A stretch of DNA of 64,000 nucleotides, taken from Macrostomum lignano (taxonomy: Eukaryota). The notes below the pieces were generated by a model, which saw only the letters and a program-made list of their open reading frames with translations, was not told where the DNA came from and did no database searches. This document shows positions 18,413-32,350 of this stretch, in pieces. The position numbers and the translations under genes are program-made. The stretch is from assembly GCA_002269645.1 (NCBI GenBank), contig NIVC01000230.1:558001-622000 (forward strand), in the 5' to 3' direction. Every line of letters starts with the position of its first letter. Positions within the stretch are counted from its first letter, which is position 1.

Positions 18413-18989
18413 TTTGTCAGGCGATTGAGCAGTCACCGCATGGAATGAGGCGCATGTGCAGTATTTATGAATAGTTTTATATAAATGTATATCAGGCCGA
18501 TCGACGTCGTGTGCGCTGACTGGCCTATATATACACTTGCTTTAATATTAAGCTATAATAATGTATATGTACGTCTAAATTAGTCAGCGGAAATCGCTAG
18601 CATGCAAATGAATAACACGTATTTTATTATTAAGTTACCAGTTGATCGAAGCAGTACAATTGCTACAAATGCCCCTGCACTCGAAACTGCAGACGTGTAT
18701 GATGGAAGGATACATATTCAATACATGTACGAGTATTAGGAGATCGAAACAGTGTAATTGTGACACTTAATTTTGATACGCAGTGCATGTGGATAGCTAT
18801 TGTATCTTATACTCGTAAATCATATATTCTCATATCTGAAACAAGATCAAATAAATCCAAGTTTGTAAGCTCCTATTTTACAGCTACATGTACATGTAAA
18901 TCATGAATGTCATCATGTCATCATAGATTCGGTTGTCTGTGGTCTCAATCCGTAACTATCCACTATATTCGATTGTCTGTCATAATATG

Positions 18990-19515
18990 CAACAATATTT
19001 AATAGTCTATGGTCACAATCTGCAACAATATTTGATAGTCTATAGTCACAAGCTGCAACAATTTGATAGTCTATGGTCACAATCTGCAACAATATTTGAT
19101 AGTCTATGGTCACAATCTGCAACAATATTTGATAGTCTATGGTCACAATCTGCAACAATACTTGATAGTCTATGGTCACAATCTGCAACAATATTTGATA
19201 GTCTATGGTCACAAGCTGCAACAATTTGATAGCCGATGGTCACAATCTGCAACAATATTTTATAGTCTATGATCACAATCTGCAACAATATTTGATAGTC
19301 TATGGTCACAAGCTGCAACAATCTGATAGTCTATGGTCACAATTTGCAACAATATTTGATAGTCTATGGTCACAATCTGCAACAATATTTGATAGTCTAT
19401 GGTCACAATCTGCAACAATATTTGATAGTCTATGGTCTCAATCTGCAACAATATTTGATAGTCTATGGTCACAATCTGCAACAATATTTGATAGTCTATG
19501 GTCACAATCTGCAGC
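18990..19515. repeat. 33-bp minisatellite (atttgatagtctatggtcacaatctgcaacaat) with 30-bp variant
   Basis: Direct tandem repeats; they explain ORFs 18913-19568. Confidence 0.95.
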
Positions 19516-20398
19516 AAGATTCAATTCTAAATGGTTATAAGATTCACGCAAACTTATCAGTGAAATAAACAATATAGTAAAAGAATAACAAAACTTACTT
19601 TCCTGAACTTTTTACAACAAAAGCACCTTATATTGCTATCGTTTTACAGTAGTAAAAAGGTTTTTACAATAGAAAATTAAGAAATATACATGCGCCTGGA
19701 ATTGCTTCATGTTTCGATATATAGCCATCTGAAATCTCTCGATCATCTGAAGAATACAAAATTAGAAAACTATGCGTGAAAAAAATATTCTTTATAAAAA
19801 TTTAGGTATACAGCTAAAAAAATCTCTGAGCAATTAATAACAATGAGGACGCAAACCCAACTCAATATAGGGCAGGATTATTGACATAAAAATAAGTACT
19901 GTAGCTAAATTCTTGTAGTTGTGCTTTATCAAATAGCCCTTCAACGAAATATTGGTAAAGGTCTGGATTAATGCGTTGATTAAAAAAATTGCATACAGAA
20001 AAGGTATTGAAGACACGAGTACATTATTTGGGGTTTCCAAGAAAGGACAGTTGACCACCTAGATGATTTTATAGGAAAGACAATAAATTCCAGGAGGCAG
20101 GTAATTTTATTAATAGATTTCCATACAAAATATCGAAGACCGAATAATGAGTTTTCTAATGTCCGAAATTTATTTTGACTTTTTCATGGATGCAGAGAAT
20201 ATTTTTTAGGGTTCAAAACCTCTTCCATTCGTTTCTTGGAAAAGCCCAAATGATTATCATTTTGGGTTTCCAAGACAATATAAGTGCGTAGCGAGCGATA
20301 GTTGAAGGTCGCCGCGGACAGCACACAGCAGCTTGACTTAACCCATACTTCTTAACTGACGAAACCCAAGATAACCAAAGTACACAGTAGTGTCCTGT

Positions 20399-21810
20399 CT
20401 ATTGCCGTTTCAAATTGTTCAATCGAGCCTCCAAATCGGCGTCAAGATCGGCTCCGCCGGCGCCGCCATCAGGGCCTGGAGGCCCCGCAGCAGCAGCAGC
20501 AGCCGCAGCAGCAGCAGCAGGCTGGCGCTCACCCCCAGCAGAGGCTGGAGCGGCGGCCCCCGGTTCAGGCATCTGGCCAGCCAGATCGATGCCCAACTCG
20601 TCCAACACCTGGGTGACAATTTTTTCCGACTCGTCCGCATCTTCATCTCCGCCAATGGCATCGTCAATGGCGTCGGACATCATCTCCTCTTTCATTTCCA
20701 TGATCTCGGATTCTTTCTCAAACTGAGCCATAATCTGCTGCAGCTGAGGCAAGTTCATACTTTTATTCATTCGCTGCATCGTTCGAGTGACGCCTTTCAT
20801 GGCTTGAGCCATCTGATTGGTTGAGCGCAGAGTTTGAACCTTTGCGGTTTGAGTTGACAGGTGATACTTTAAATTAGGTATTAGGTATTAAGACCACACT
20901 TTTTAAACTATCTGGACCTTTTATGTAACCACTTGACAGGAGAAAAGCTCGCTCTCGGCGTCATTGAAGAAGGTAATTTTTTCAAGAACACATTAATCAT
21001 GCATCAACTTAATACGCAGCTTTTTTAACCAGATCAGTCACGGGATTTCATGGATCAATCGATAGAGGTACAAACAAGCCTGAGGGCATCACCCTCTCCA
21101 TCTCGCTGTCTGACACCCTCGCCCTCTCCCTCCCTCACTGTCTGACACCCTCGCCCTCTCACTCCCTCACTGTCTGACACCCTCGCCCTCTTCCTCCCTC
21201 ACTGTCTGACACCCTCGCCCTCTCACTCCCTCACTGTCTGACACCCTCGCCCTCTCCCTCCCTCACTGTCTGACACCCTCGCCCTCTCACTCCCTCACTG
21301 TCTGACACCCTCGCCCTCTCCCTCCCTCACTGTCTGACACCCTCACCCTCTCACTCCCTCACTGTCTGACACCCTCGCCCTCTCCCTCCCTCACTACCTG
21401 ACACCCTCGCCCTCTCCCTCCCTCACTGTCTGACACCCTCGCCCTCTTACTCTCAGCCCTCTCACTACCTGACACTTGTAAAAATGAACTCAGCAGACAA
21501 AACCACAATCAAAAATTGAAAAAAAATCACAACCAACCTTAAGCCCCACAGCCTGTATGTTGGCTCGCATCAAGATAAACTTCTTCACATAGTTTCTTGT
21601 TCGTACAAGATCTTTAGCCATGATTTTAACTGCATCCATTTGGCCCTGTTTAGCCAGCTTCTTAATCTCCATAATGGTTTTCTGCTCCTCGCGCTCCAGA
21701 CGCGTCCTTTCCCGATCTAGATCGCGCGTGGCGCGGTTTAATGCGCGCTGATTTTGGCGCAGCATCTCTTCTGGCGTCTTGCGCCGACCAAATATGAAAT
21801 CTAGCGCCAT
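20399..21810 (-). CDS. CHMP2A: Charged multivesicular body protein 2A (ESCRT-III Vps2); exons 21810-21538 and 20839-20399 (237 aa)
   Basis: FGRRKTPEEMLRQNQRAL, AVKIMAKDLVRTR, MAQAMKGVT, EEMMSDAIDD and C-terminal DADLEARLNNLKR (MIM) are canonical CHMP2A motifs. The GT-AG phase-0 junction reads AVGLK|VQTLRS. Confidence 0.97.
21085..21470. repeat. 32-bp intronic minisatellite (ctcactgtctgacaccctcgccctctcactcc)
   Basis: Direct reading; lies inside the CHMP2A intron. Confidence 0.95.
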
Positions 21811-23723
21811 TGCTACTCTGTTGATGGGAAAAATTACAGGTGCAAAGCTGATTGAAGATTTCTTTTTTGAATAAATTTTGTTAAAAGTACTTGAATAGGG
21901 CACAAGCTTTGTATTTGGAAATAATTAGCCTTATCCTATAATTCTTTTATAGGATAAAAGAAGCGTTTTTCTTAGCCCTCTTTTATTATTTATTATTATT
22001 CTTTTATTATTTGCTTGATTTATTTATCAACAGTTTTCAATGGCTATATGGACAAAATTTCATATTTAATATAATCAGCCCCCCATGCATATTAACATCA
22101 AGCTTAACAATTAAAAATTAGTTATTTAGCATTAGAACTTAGACCTATTAGCATTAATGAGTTCTATAAATAAAGCAATGTCTAGCCTATACAATGTATA
22201 ATTAATTATACAAAATATTCATACATGTGCAACCTCTGAAATACACTAGCCATGCAACTTAGTTTTTATTGAAAATGTGACTTTTTGCAATTGACTTAAA
22301 AAAATAAAATATTGTCTATTGATAATTCATTGTTAAATGTTGTCAAAAATTGTTTTAAAAAGTCATCAATTTTGTTGCTTATATTTGGCTTGCCACAAAT
22401 TACACTTTACACTTTACAAATTACAACTGAGCCAGATTAACTAGGTGATCCAACAGTTGTGTATGTATTACTATATTATATACATATTATATAGAAAGCC
22501 TAATAATAGTGGGTAATCTACAAATTCATAAATATGGCATAAGGCAAACATCGCCTTTGCCTCTCATACCTAAACCTGAAGTTTAGCTAAGCCTGTTTAT
22601 TAATTAGATTGAATCAGGCTGTTTACTTTTTTAATTGATATAAAAAGCAAATTTTATTTAAAATTTAGATTTCATATCATAGTTCTTATAGAGCCTAATT
22701 CAATAATAATAATTTCGAGTATGACGCAACGCCGGCATGAGAACTGTACACTTCAAGTACTTGTACAGTTGTACTTTGGGCAATCCTACACTTCCTTTGT
22801 ACTACGGCAACTACGCTGTAAGATTGATCAGTATCAGTAAGAATATCATGATAAGGCCTCATTAATTTTTAGTGCTACGCATAGAAAATAATTAAAAAAA
22901 TTAAATGATCAAATCTACTCGACAGCAAGCAGAAACGAATTAATGCTATTTTTGAATATACAGACGCTTATTGATGACTGACCGATGACCGCGTTGGTTA
23001 GGAAAAATTAGTCATAATGGATTGAAGTTAAAATCGGCTCAGCGTCTTTGACTGAAGTAACAGTGCAAACATTTTGTACACATATTGCTGTTATAATTTT
23101 TCTTTTCGTAAAAATCGGATGGTAGCTTGATACTTTTTAGATACCTAGCTAATTAGTTTGTTTAATTATTCCCTCCACGATAATTATTTTGTACACGGAC
23201 CACTTTACATGAATTCAGACTTTGCATTGAAAAAATTGAAGCGCGTTATCTACTGGCCTTGCGATGCTGTTGTGATGATAATATGTTATTACGATACGTA
23301 TTGATCTACGTATGTGAGACCTGTTAAATTTCTCGTAATAATTTGTAGTGAATGTCGCCTTTGCATGAGTATTTGAAGACAAACGTAAATCTACATTCCA
23401 CAGTATATGCATACATGTGGGTATTTTACCCTTAATATGCGTTTCTGTAGTGGTATATAGCATTCATTATTTTACCCATATTTTATTTAGTAATAAAGTA
23501 AGCCTATTTAATTCATTTAGCCAATCATAAAAGTTATTGCAGTTTATTGATTTATTTACTGAATTCTGTCTTGATCGTCTCAGCCAATAGGAGCTCAGAT
23601 TCTGAGTATTTTTTATGAAAAGGAGGAAGCTGAACAGAAATACAATCAACTTGCTTTTCTACTGGCCTAAACTTTCCAACTATAATTAACTCCCCGTTTG
23701 CCTTTTAAAACTTAAGCTCCATG

Positions 23724-23828
23724 CAGGGACTACACTCGCAAACATGTTTATATTAATTAGATTGAATGATTAGCCAATTTAATATCTAACTGTTTACTCA
23801 CTACTCAAACATGTTTGAGTAGTCCCTG
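23724..23828. mobile_element. Short MITE-like inverted-repeat element
   Basis: Left cagggactacactcgcaaacatgttt versus right aaacatgtttgagtagtccctg. Confidence 0.5.
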
Positions 23829-24978
23829 ACTTGCTCTTATAAAACCCTCATTAAAGAGGATCTGTCGTAAAAGCTCCAGGGTAAAAAAGGGGAGTAGACG
23901 TGAAGTTTAATATTTCCCTAAAATAGGATAAGGGGAAGTCGTGTAGGCTTTGCTAAAAGGGTACATGTATAGAAGAGAGCAGACTGTAAAAGCTAGACGA
24001 GTAAATATTTAGCTACTTTCAAATTAAAACATATTTGGGGATACAGATCAGCATTAAAAAAGCCGTGAAGTATAGTATTGGGAATGCATGATGACTGGGA
24101 AAGTTTTGATCCTTTGGTAACGCTGCAGTGTTAACTTTTTGGGTATAATTTCAAAACTCCAGTGTGTTCCTCTCGGGCAACTCTCGCTACTACCAAACAA
24201 GGTTTTGGTGTCAGCAGTGGTGAGATAGAAAAGAATTAAGATAGCCTCCCCCATAGGCCACCATACTTGGACTATGAATTTCAAACTATTTAGCTGGGAA
24301 AAAGATAAACATGTACGATCGTAACTGATCGCTGCACTGTGAATGTCAGTGTCTTGACGCACATGAACGAATTGAAACTAGATATAAATCCTATCTAGAA
24401 AAAATGCTATCATGTAGCATATATTTGTCTGACAGCATTCTTCAAAGGGGGATGTCGTACGAAAACTATTCTCGTATATCGTTAGAGAGCCATTGCTGCA
24501 AACTAGACTGCAATTACTGAATACATTGAAATAGATCAATAACAATGGTACGAGTAGCCAGAATTGCATAGAATTATCCATCCCCAGGTCCTTAATTACC
24601 TTATGCAACGAATGCCAATTACGGGATAAAATGCGTGAAACCACCTGTATACCTGTACAACAGAACTAGCATCAGTCAGCAGGCTGTTGACGAAACCACT
24701 GAGAGTGTGCGCGTCTCTACAGGTATACACATACGGTTCGAGTAGAATAAGCAGAAGACTCTAATTATGATAAATCGTTCTGAAATGCTCTGAACAAACT
24801 GCATGCTCTCGAAGGACATATAGATGCAAATGCACGGATCTGTCTATGGTCAAAGCTCAGGTTTATTAATACGCCCAATTGGATCCATCATCATCATCAT
24901 CATCTCAATTGTTTGTTGCCAAATAAAACTGAACAAGATTTATTCCACAAGTTCCACTAAGTAAAACGTTGATTTGAA

Positions 24979-27900
24979 ATGCTTGAGCACAAAAAAATTT
25001 CCTTAACGACATTGACGCAACAGCTGAAATACTACTTGGACATTTTGCAGGAAACTGTTCGATACTTCACTAAGCTCCGTGTGATATTCTATTCAGAATT
25101 GGCTCTAATAATGTTCTGCATAGCCGATTTCACTTTCTACCTGACTCAACTGGGCATTGTTCTGAAGATCAGCGTCAAGAATTATGCATTCAGTCACGCG
25201 GCTATGAGCAGATCTGTACTGCTGTCACACATGAACTACGGCATCTGGAGTGAGGTGTTTCTAGTCCTGCTGCTTCTATACTTATTAGAGTCGGTCGTCA
25301 GAATCTACTACATAATGAAGCTGGCCTATTATCACAACCAGAAAGTCAAGGACGGCGACCTGTGCTGCATCAACTGCCACCAGGCGCTGCTGTCAGCCGC
25401 CATGACCACCGAGGTTTCGGCTCCGCACATCCTCAGCGCCATCAGCCTCATTGTGTTCCTCATCTACTCCAAGGTGAACATTGCCGCCCAGACTACGCAG
25501 CTGTACAAGGACTACTTCAGGGAGAGTCCGTTCATCGATATCAAGGATATTGAAGTCCTGGGTCACAAGCTGGAGGAGTCAACTTACTATGAGATGGGCA
25601 AACACGTGATTGAAGTGCTCAACGACTGCCGGATCAACGCCAGTCAGATGTCAGTTGACGACAGCGTGCATCGCTTGCTGCTCACCGGTCACCTTCTGGG
25701 CGTGGTGAAGTACGACTGCTCAAGGCTGGCTCTGCACTGCAAGTACAGCAGGTTAGTGACGATGGTTGGAGCGGTAGGACCATGGAAATTCTATTTTAAG
25801 TTTGCTGTGTCCAGAAAACTGTATCCTTGGTGTCATGTAAACAAATTACTATTTTAGATAGTTAATGAACTTACCTACAGGTACAAGTTGCCTATCAGCA
25901 TGTGTCAGCGAGCTAATTAACTTGGTTTCAGGTAGCTAATTAACTTGGTGTCAGGTAGCTCATTAACCTGGTGTCAGGTAGCTAATTAACTTGGTGTCAG
26001 GTAGCTAATTAACTCGGTGTCAGGTAGCTAATTAACTCAGTGTCAGGTAGCTAATTAACTCAGTGTCAGGTAGCTAATTAACTCAGCGTCAGGTAGCTAA
26101 TTAACTCAGCGTCAGGTAGCTAATTAACTCAGTGTCAGGTAGCTAATTAACTCAGTGTCAGGTAGCTAATTAACTCAGCGTCAGGTAGCTAATTAACTCA
26201 GTGTCAGGTAGCTAATTAACTCAGCGTCAGGTAGCTAATTAACTCAGTGTCAGGTAGCTAATTAACTCAGTGTCAGGTAGCTAATTAACTTGGTGTCAGG
26301 TAGCTAATTAACTCAGTGTCAGGTAGCTAATTAACTCAGTGTCAGGTAGCTAATTAACTCAGTGTCAGGTAGCTAATTAACTTGGCGTCAGGTAGCTAAT
26401 TAACCCAGTGTCAGGTAGCTAATTAACTCAGTGTCAGGTAGCTAATTAACTCAGTGTCAGGTAGCTAATTAACTCAGTGTCAGGTAGCTAATTAACTCAG
26501 CGTCAGGTAGCTAATTAACTCAGCGTCAGGTAGCTAATTAACTCAGCGTCAGGTATTCGCACATGCAGGTATAATTTATCTGATAGCCTGCAATCATTAG
26601 CCTACAATAAGCCAATAGCGCATTAGCTAAGCAGCAACAACTGAAAACTCATGGAATTTCAGCCGCACAAATCAAATTTCAGTTTCTATCTGCAGCTGTC
26701 AATCGAGTCGGTGCAGTCGCTAATTAACTACACGGTGATTCGAGGGCTATTCGGTCACGTGATCAGGTTGCACCAGTACGAGGTGTACAATCAGCAGACC
26801 CGGCTGCAGACCAGCGGCGGCACCCGGCTCATCCAGGTGTACAAGGTCCGGCACACTATGGGCCAGAAGAGCCGCCGGAGCGTCATGGAGCTGCCGAGGC
26901 GGGCCCTGATGTCGCTGGTCAGCCTGGGCACCAATATGGCGTCCCGGTTTCGCAGCTCCCGGTGAGCACAGACTCAAAATATTGAAAGGCAACCCTTTGC
27001 AACAATATGGCGCCCCTGGTGCTGGCGCCCCTGGTGCTAAAGCCCCTGGTGCTGGCACCCCTGGTGCTGGCGCCCCTGGTGCTGGCGCCCCTGGTGCTGG
27101 CGCCCCTGGTGCTGGCGCCCCTGGTGCTAAAGCCCTTTCCCTAATTAAGTCGTGACCCCCGTCCTCAGGGAGGTCCACCGGCAGCAGTTGCACGAGGAAC
27201 CGAAAGACACACCGTTCCTGAGCCCAACGGAGGACAACGTCGAGGAGCAGGCTCTGCTGACGGCTAGCGCCGAGTCCTGCCCAACCGACAAGTTCCAGAC
27301 GCCGCAGGCGGCCAGCAAGTCCTCAGACAGGGGCGAAGGTCACGGCCAGGGGCCGCAGCTGTACAACAGGAAAACTGCGGCCAATCCCAGGAAGGTGAAC
27401 TATGAACACGTGAAGGTCAGCGAGCTCTACCCCGGATCGCTGGAGACTGTCGCCGAGCAGCAGACTACTGATGGGTGAGTAGTGTCATTCTGCTTTTGGC
27501 ACACGGCGTAAAAATAATGAAAGATGAAAGACAGTCAAAGACGGCGCCAAAATGAAAGACAGTCAAAGACGGCGCCAAAATAGAAATCAGTCAGAGACGG
27601 CGCCAAAATAGAAATCAGTCAGAGACGGCGTCAAAATGAAAGACAGTCAGAGACGGCGCCAAAATGGTAGACAGTCAGAGACGGCGCCAAAATGGAAGAC
27701 AGTCAGAGACGGCGCCAAAATAGTAGACATCCCCGCCTACTCAACAGGAAGCCGTCAGCGGCCAGTCAGGCAGTCTGGAAAATGGCGCCAAAATGATAGA
27801 CAGTCAGAGACGGCGCCAAAATAGAAATCAGTCAGAGACGGCGCCAAAATGGAAGACAGTCAGAGACGGCGCCAAAATAGTAGACAGTCAGACACGGCGC

Positions 27901-28426
27901 CAAAATAGTAGACAGTCAGACACGGCGCCAAAATGATAGACAGTCAGAGACGGCGCCAAAATGGTAGACAGTCAGAGACGGCGCCTAATTAGTAGACAGT
28001 CGGAGACGGCGCCAAAATAGTAGAGTTAGAGACGGCGCCAAAATGGTAGACAGTCAGAGACGGCGCTAAATTAGTAGACATCCCCGCCTACTCAACAGGA
28101 AGCCGTCAGCGCCCAGGCAGGCACCCACCGGAACACAGGGCGCTCCAGACCCAGCTCCTATTCGGCAGACCCAGCAGCCGCAGAAGCAGCAAGATTCAGC
28201 AACAAACAGCACTGAACAGCAACAAAAGCAGCTGGTCAATAATAAGCCAGAAGATGAGAAGAGGTCAGATCTAGACCAGCCTCTGACAGAAAAGGACATT
28301 TTGCCGGCACTGCAGAAAGACGGTCTGATGAGCACCACAGCCACAGTTTGTCGCAAACTCAAAGCCAAACGAATCAATGACTCCATCTTCACGGACGAGA
28401 CCTTCTACTCGCTGGAGAGCACGTGA
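24979..28426 (+). CDS. Orphan multi-pass membrane protein with long cytoplasmic low-complexity tail; likely exons 24979-25751, 26683-26961, 27169-27474, 28099-28426
   Basis: Strong coding-like composition and three hydrophobic segments (ELALIMFCIADFTFYL, EVFLVLLLLYLLESVVRIYY, HILSAISLIVFLIY). Phase-2 GT-AG junctions chain into one frame. The start codon and the first junction are uncertain. Confidence 0.65.
25915..26555. repeat. 23-bp intronic minisatellite (gtcaggtagctaattaactcagt)
   Basis: Direct reading. Confidence 0.95.
27008..27132. repeat. 15-bp intronic minisatellite (ggcgcccctggtgct)
   Basis: Direct reading. Confidence 0.92.
27520..28078. repeat. 28-bp intronic minisatellite (gacagtcagagacggcgccaaaatggta)
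   Basis: Direct reading. Confidence 0.92.
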
Positions 28427-28659
28427 CCCGAGTGAGGGGCTGGACGAGTTCATTGCTATTAACAAGTAGATTCCCCCAAGGCTTTCAACGTACATGCATG
28501 CACTCTGTTTCATGTCAGTTCAATAGTGCTTCAATAAATCATAAATGCTAATTAATGTGAACTGTTTTATTCTGCGCATAAAGATTACAATTAGTACTTA
28601 TTATAGTTATAGTTCAAAGTAAAGTTCAGTCTGAAGACGCTTGCATGACATTCTGCAGG

Positions 28660-29880
28660 TCTCACAACATAACACCCTGTGCTGTCACATAACACCCTGT
28701 GCTGTCTCATAACACCCTGTGCTCTCACATAACACCCTGTGCTCTCACATAACACCCTGTGCTCTAGCATAACATCCTGTGCTCTCGCATAACACCCTGT
28801 GCTCTCACATAACACCCTGTGCTGTCACATACACACCGTGCTTACCCATAACACACTGTGCTCTCTCATAACACCCCGTGCTCACCGATAATACCCTGTG
28901 CTCTCACATAACACCCCGTGCTCTCACATAACACCCCGTGCTTACCCATAACATACTGTGCTCTCTCATAACACCCTGTGCTCTCGCATAACACCCCGTG
29001 CTTACCCATTACACACTGCTCTCGATCATAACACCCTGTGCTCTCTCATAACACCCTGTGCTCTCACATAACACCCTGTGCTCTCGCATAACACCCTGTG
29101 CTCTCACATAACACCCTGTACTCTCGCATAACACCCTGTGCTCTCACATAACACCCTGTGCTCTCGCATAACACCCCGTGCTCTCGCATAACACCCCGTG
29201 CTCTCGCATAACACCCTGTGCTCTCACATAACACCCCGTGCTCTCACATAACACCCCGTGCTTACCCATAACATACTGTGCTCTCACATAACACCCTGTG
29301 CTCTCGCATAACACCCCGTGCTCTCGCATAACACCCCGTGCTCTCGCATAACACCCTGTGCTCTCACATAACACCCCGTGCTTACCCATAACATACTGTG
29401 CTCTCACATAACACCCTGTGCTCTCGCATAACACCCCGTGCTCTCGCATAACACCCCGTGCTCTCGCATAACACCCTGTGCTCTCACATAACACCCCGTG
29501 CTCTCGCATAACACCCCGTGCTCTCGCATAACACCCGTGCTCTCGCATAACACCCTGTGCTCTCACATAACACCCCGTGCTCTTGCATAACACCCTGTGC
29601 TCTCACATAACACCCCGTGCTCTCGCACAACACCATGTGCTCTCACATAACACCCCGTGCTCAAACATGACATCACACCCTTGTGCTCATCCATAACAGC
29701 ATGTGATCATCGATAACACCCTGTGATCACCCATAACACTGTGTTGAAACATAACACCCAGGTGCTCACCCATTACACCCTTGTGTTCACAATCGCACAT
29801 AACACCGTGATAAACCATTTCCCCCAGTGATCATCCATAGCACCGTGCTCACACATAACACCCTTGTGCCCACACATACC
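28660..29880. repeat. 20-bp minisatellite (cataacaccctgtgctctca) decaying at its 3' end
   Basis: Direct reading; it explains ORFs 28591-29593. Confidence 0.95.
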
Positions 29881-30711
29881 CAGAGATAACTCATAACAAA
29901 TTGTCCCCATCTATGTAATCAATTGTTGATTTTGCTTATTAAAATTATCCAATAACAAATATGTAAGCATGATCATTTAAATGATGCAATTAAATCGACA
30001 AGCTTAATCGAAATTTATTAGACCTGTAGATATTAATATAACCAAACAAATCAAACAATCAGTAGTGTATTCCAGTAGTATATATATTTATTTATGATTA
30101 ATATAAAATGTTAAAGCAAAATCAGTGACAAGCGCATACTACCTACACTACTCATAGTAAATTGTTAGACAGATTTATAATAATTTTGCAACATGGTCGA
30201 CAAGCTTAGAGAAAGTTAATTAATTATTAATGATTACTGAACGATATAATAGTAATCAAAAAGCATAAGAATTGTACTTTTCAATCAGTATGTACACAAG
30301 TTATCAGAATATTATGTTGTCAAAACGAAATGTCAGTATATGGCAGTTAATCATAATGCGATTCAGTGCGCTACTACTGTTAGTATGATAAACGAACATA
30401 TCTCAGCTGTTTATCAAAAACAGGCGGTGCTTTGTAGTTTTTTTAAAATCATCTTTAAAAAAATTACGGTTTGTAGCATTGCACAGTTGTTGCTGAGGAA
30501 ACCCGTGACCCGGTCAGTCACACGTGGCTGAGGGACAGGCGGATGCAAGTCTACTGCCTTGACAACAATGCTGCTCGCAGCTAAAATAAAAGCGCAGATT
30601 TGATTGGGTTGGTCTGGCCTAAGATGGTTGGTAAAAGCCTAACAGGTACTTAAAGAATGAGCCAGAGAATGGAGATGAGGATTTGAAAAATGGGTAGATA
30701 TTGCTTGTAAG

Positions 30712-31602
30712 CGGGTGGATAGATCAGGGGTGGGTCAGTGTGGATAGATCAGGGGTGGGTCAGTGTGGATAGATCAGGGATGGGTCAGTGAGGATAGATC
30801 AAGGGTGGGTCAGTGAGGATAGATCAAGGATGGGTTAGTGAGGATAGATCAGGGGTGGGTCAGTGTGGATAGATCAGGGGTGGGTCAGTGTGGATAGATC
30901 AGGGGTGGGTCAGTGTGGATAGATCAGGGGTGGGTCAGTGTGGATAGATCAGGGGTGGGTCAGTGTGGATAGATCAGGGATGGGTCAGTGTGGATAGATC
31001 AGGGGTGGGTCAGTGTGGATAGATCAGGGGTGGGTCAGTGTGGATAGATCAGGGATGGGTCAGTGTGGATAGATCAGGGATGGGTCAGTGTGGATAGATC
31101 AGGGATGGGTCAGTGTGGATAGATCAGGGATGGGTCAGTGTGGATAGATCAGGGGTGGGTCAGTGTGGATAGATCAGGGGTGGGTCAGTGTGGATAGATC
31201 AGGGGTGGGTCAGTGTGGATAGATCAGGGATGGGTCAGTGTGGATAGATCAGGGATGGGTCAGTGTGGATAGATCAGGGGTGGGTCAGTGTGGATAGATT
31301 AGGGGTGGGTCAGTGTGGATAGATCAGGGATGGGTTAGTGAGGATAGATCAAGGGTAGGTCAGTGAGGATAGATCAGGGGTGGGTCAGTGAGGATAGATC
31401 AGGGGTGGGTTAGTGTGGATAGATCAGGGATGGGTCAGTGTGGATAGATCAGGGGTGGGTCAGTGTGGATAGATCAGGGGTGGGTCAGTGTGGATAGATC
31501 AGGGGTGGGTCAGTGTGGATAGATCAGGTGTGGGTCAGTGAGGATAGATCAGGGGTGGGTCAGTGAGGATAGATCAGGGGTGGGTCAGTGTGGATAGACC
31601 AG
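30712..31602. repeat. 25-bp G-rich minisatellite (gatagatcaggggtgggtcagtgtg)
   Basis: About 35 tandem copies. Confidence 0.96.
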
Positions 31603-32350
31603 ATAAGGGTGACTGGAGGGATGCAGGCCCAAGGACACTATGAAATCTCTCCAAGGACACTATGAAATCTGTCCAAGGACACTATGAAATCTGTCCAAGG
31701 ACACTAGACAACAGACAGAAGCCTAAACAAGTACAGTACAAACTGTATAAGAATACACAGTTATACAGATACATTTAAAAATCAATATTAAACGAATTTG
31801 AAGGTTAAAGAAACGCGTCTAAAAGAAAACTTAATGTGGGATCTTTAGAGCCTCAAGCAAAGCTTACATTAGTAGATTAATAAGGGAAATTATACCAGAG
31901 AGAAAGTGAAGCAAGATTTACGCACAAGCAAGGAAAATAAGCTAAGAAAGGTTTGGAAAGACACTCAGCACACGCCAGGAGTGCGAACGTACTGTGTGGC
32001 AAAATGACCGACTACTTATAGTAATATTTGCAATCATGTGCGCTTAACGTTACTAATAAAAATACGTTATTTAAAATCGTTTAAAACTCAGCAATTTAGA
32101 TACATATCGGTGGGTTTAGATGTTATTAATTCTGAGACACCCGCTGTTTACTGTTAGGTATAAACTTAGTAGATTGAAAATTGAAAGACTGACGATTCAT
32201 AGACTACTTACTAAGTAGCTTAAAATAGTTTCCTGCTAGCAATAATTGCTGTTATCTTAAACTACTTATCCTGGTTAATTATCGATATCTACCGCCCCGA
32301 GAGCTTAAAATCATGTAACATGGACTTAAAAAAAGATCCACCACGTTTAA

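Noticed and set aside
18913-19568. Multiple overlapping ORFs on both strands
   Set aside because: 33-bp minisatellite.
24054-24644. Two adjacent minus-strand ORFs, one with a signal-peptide-like start
   Set aside because: AT-rich, no family motif, and frames are not joinable with confidence.
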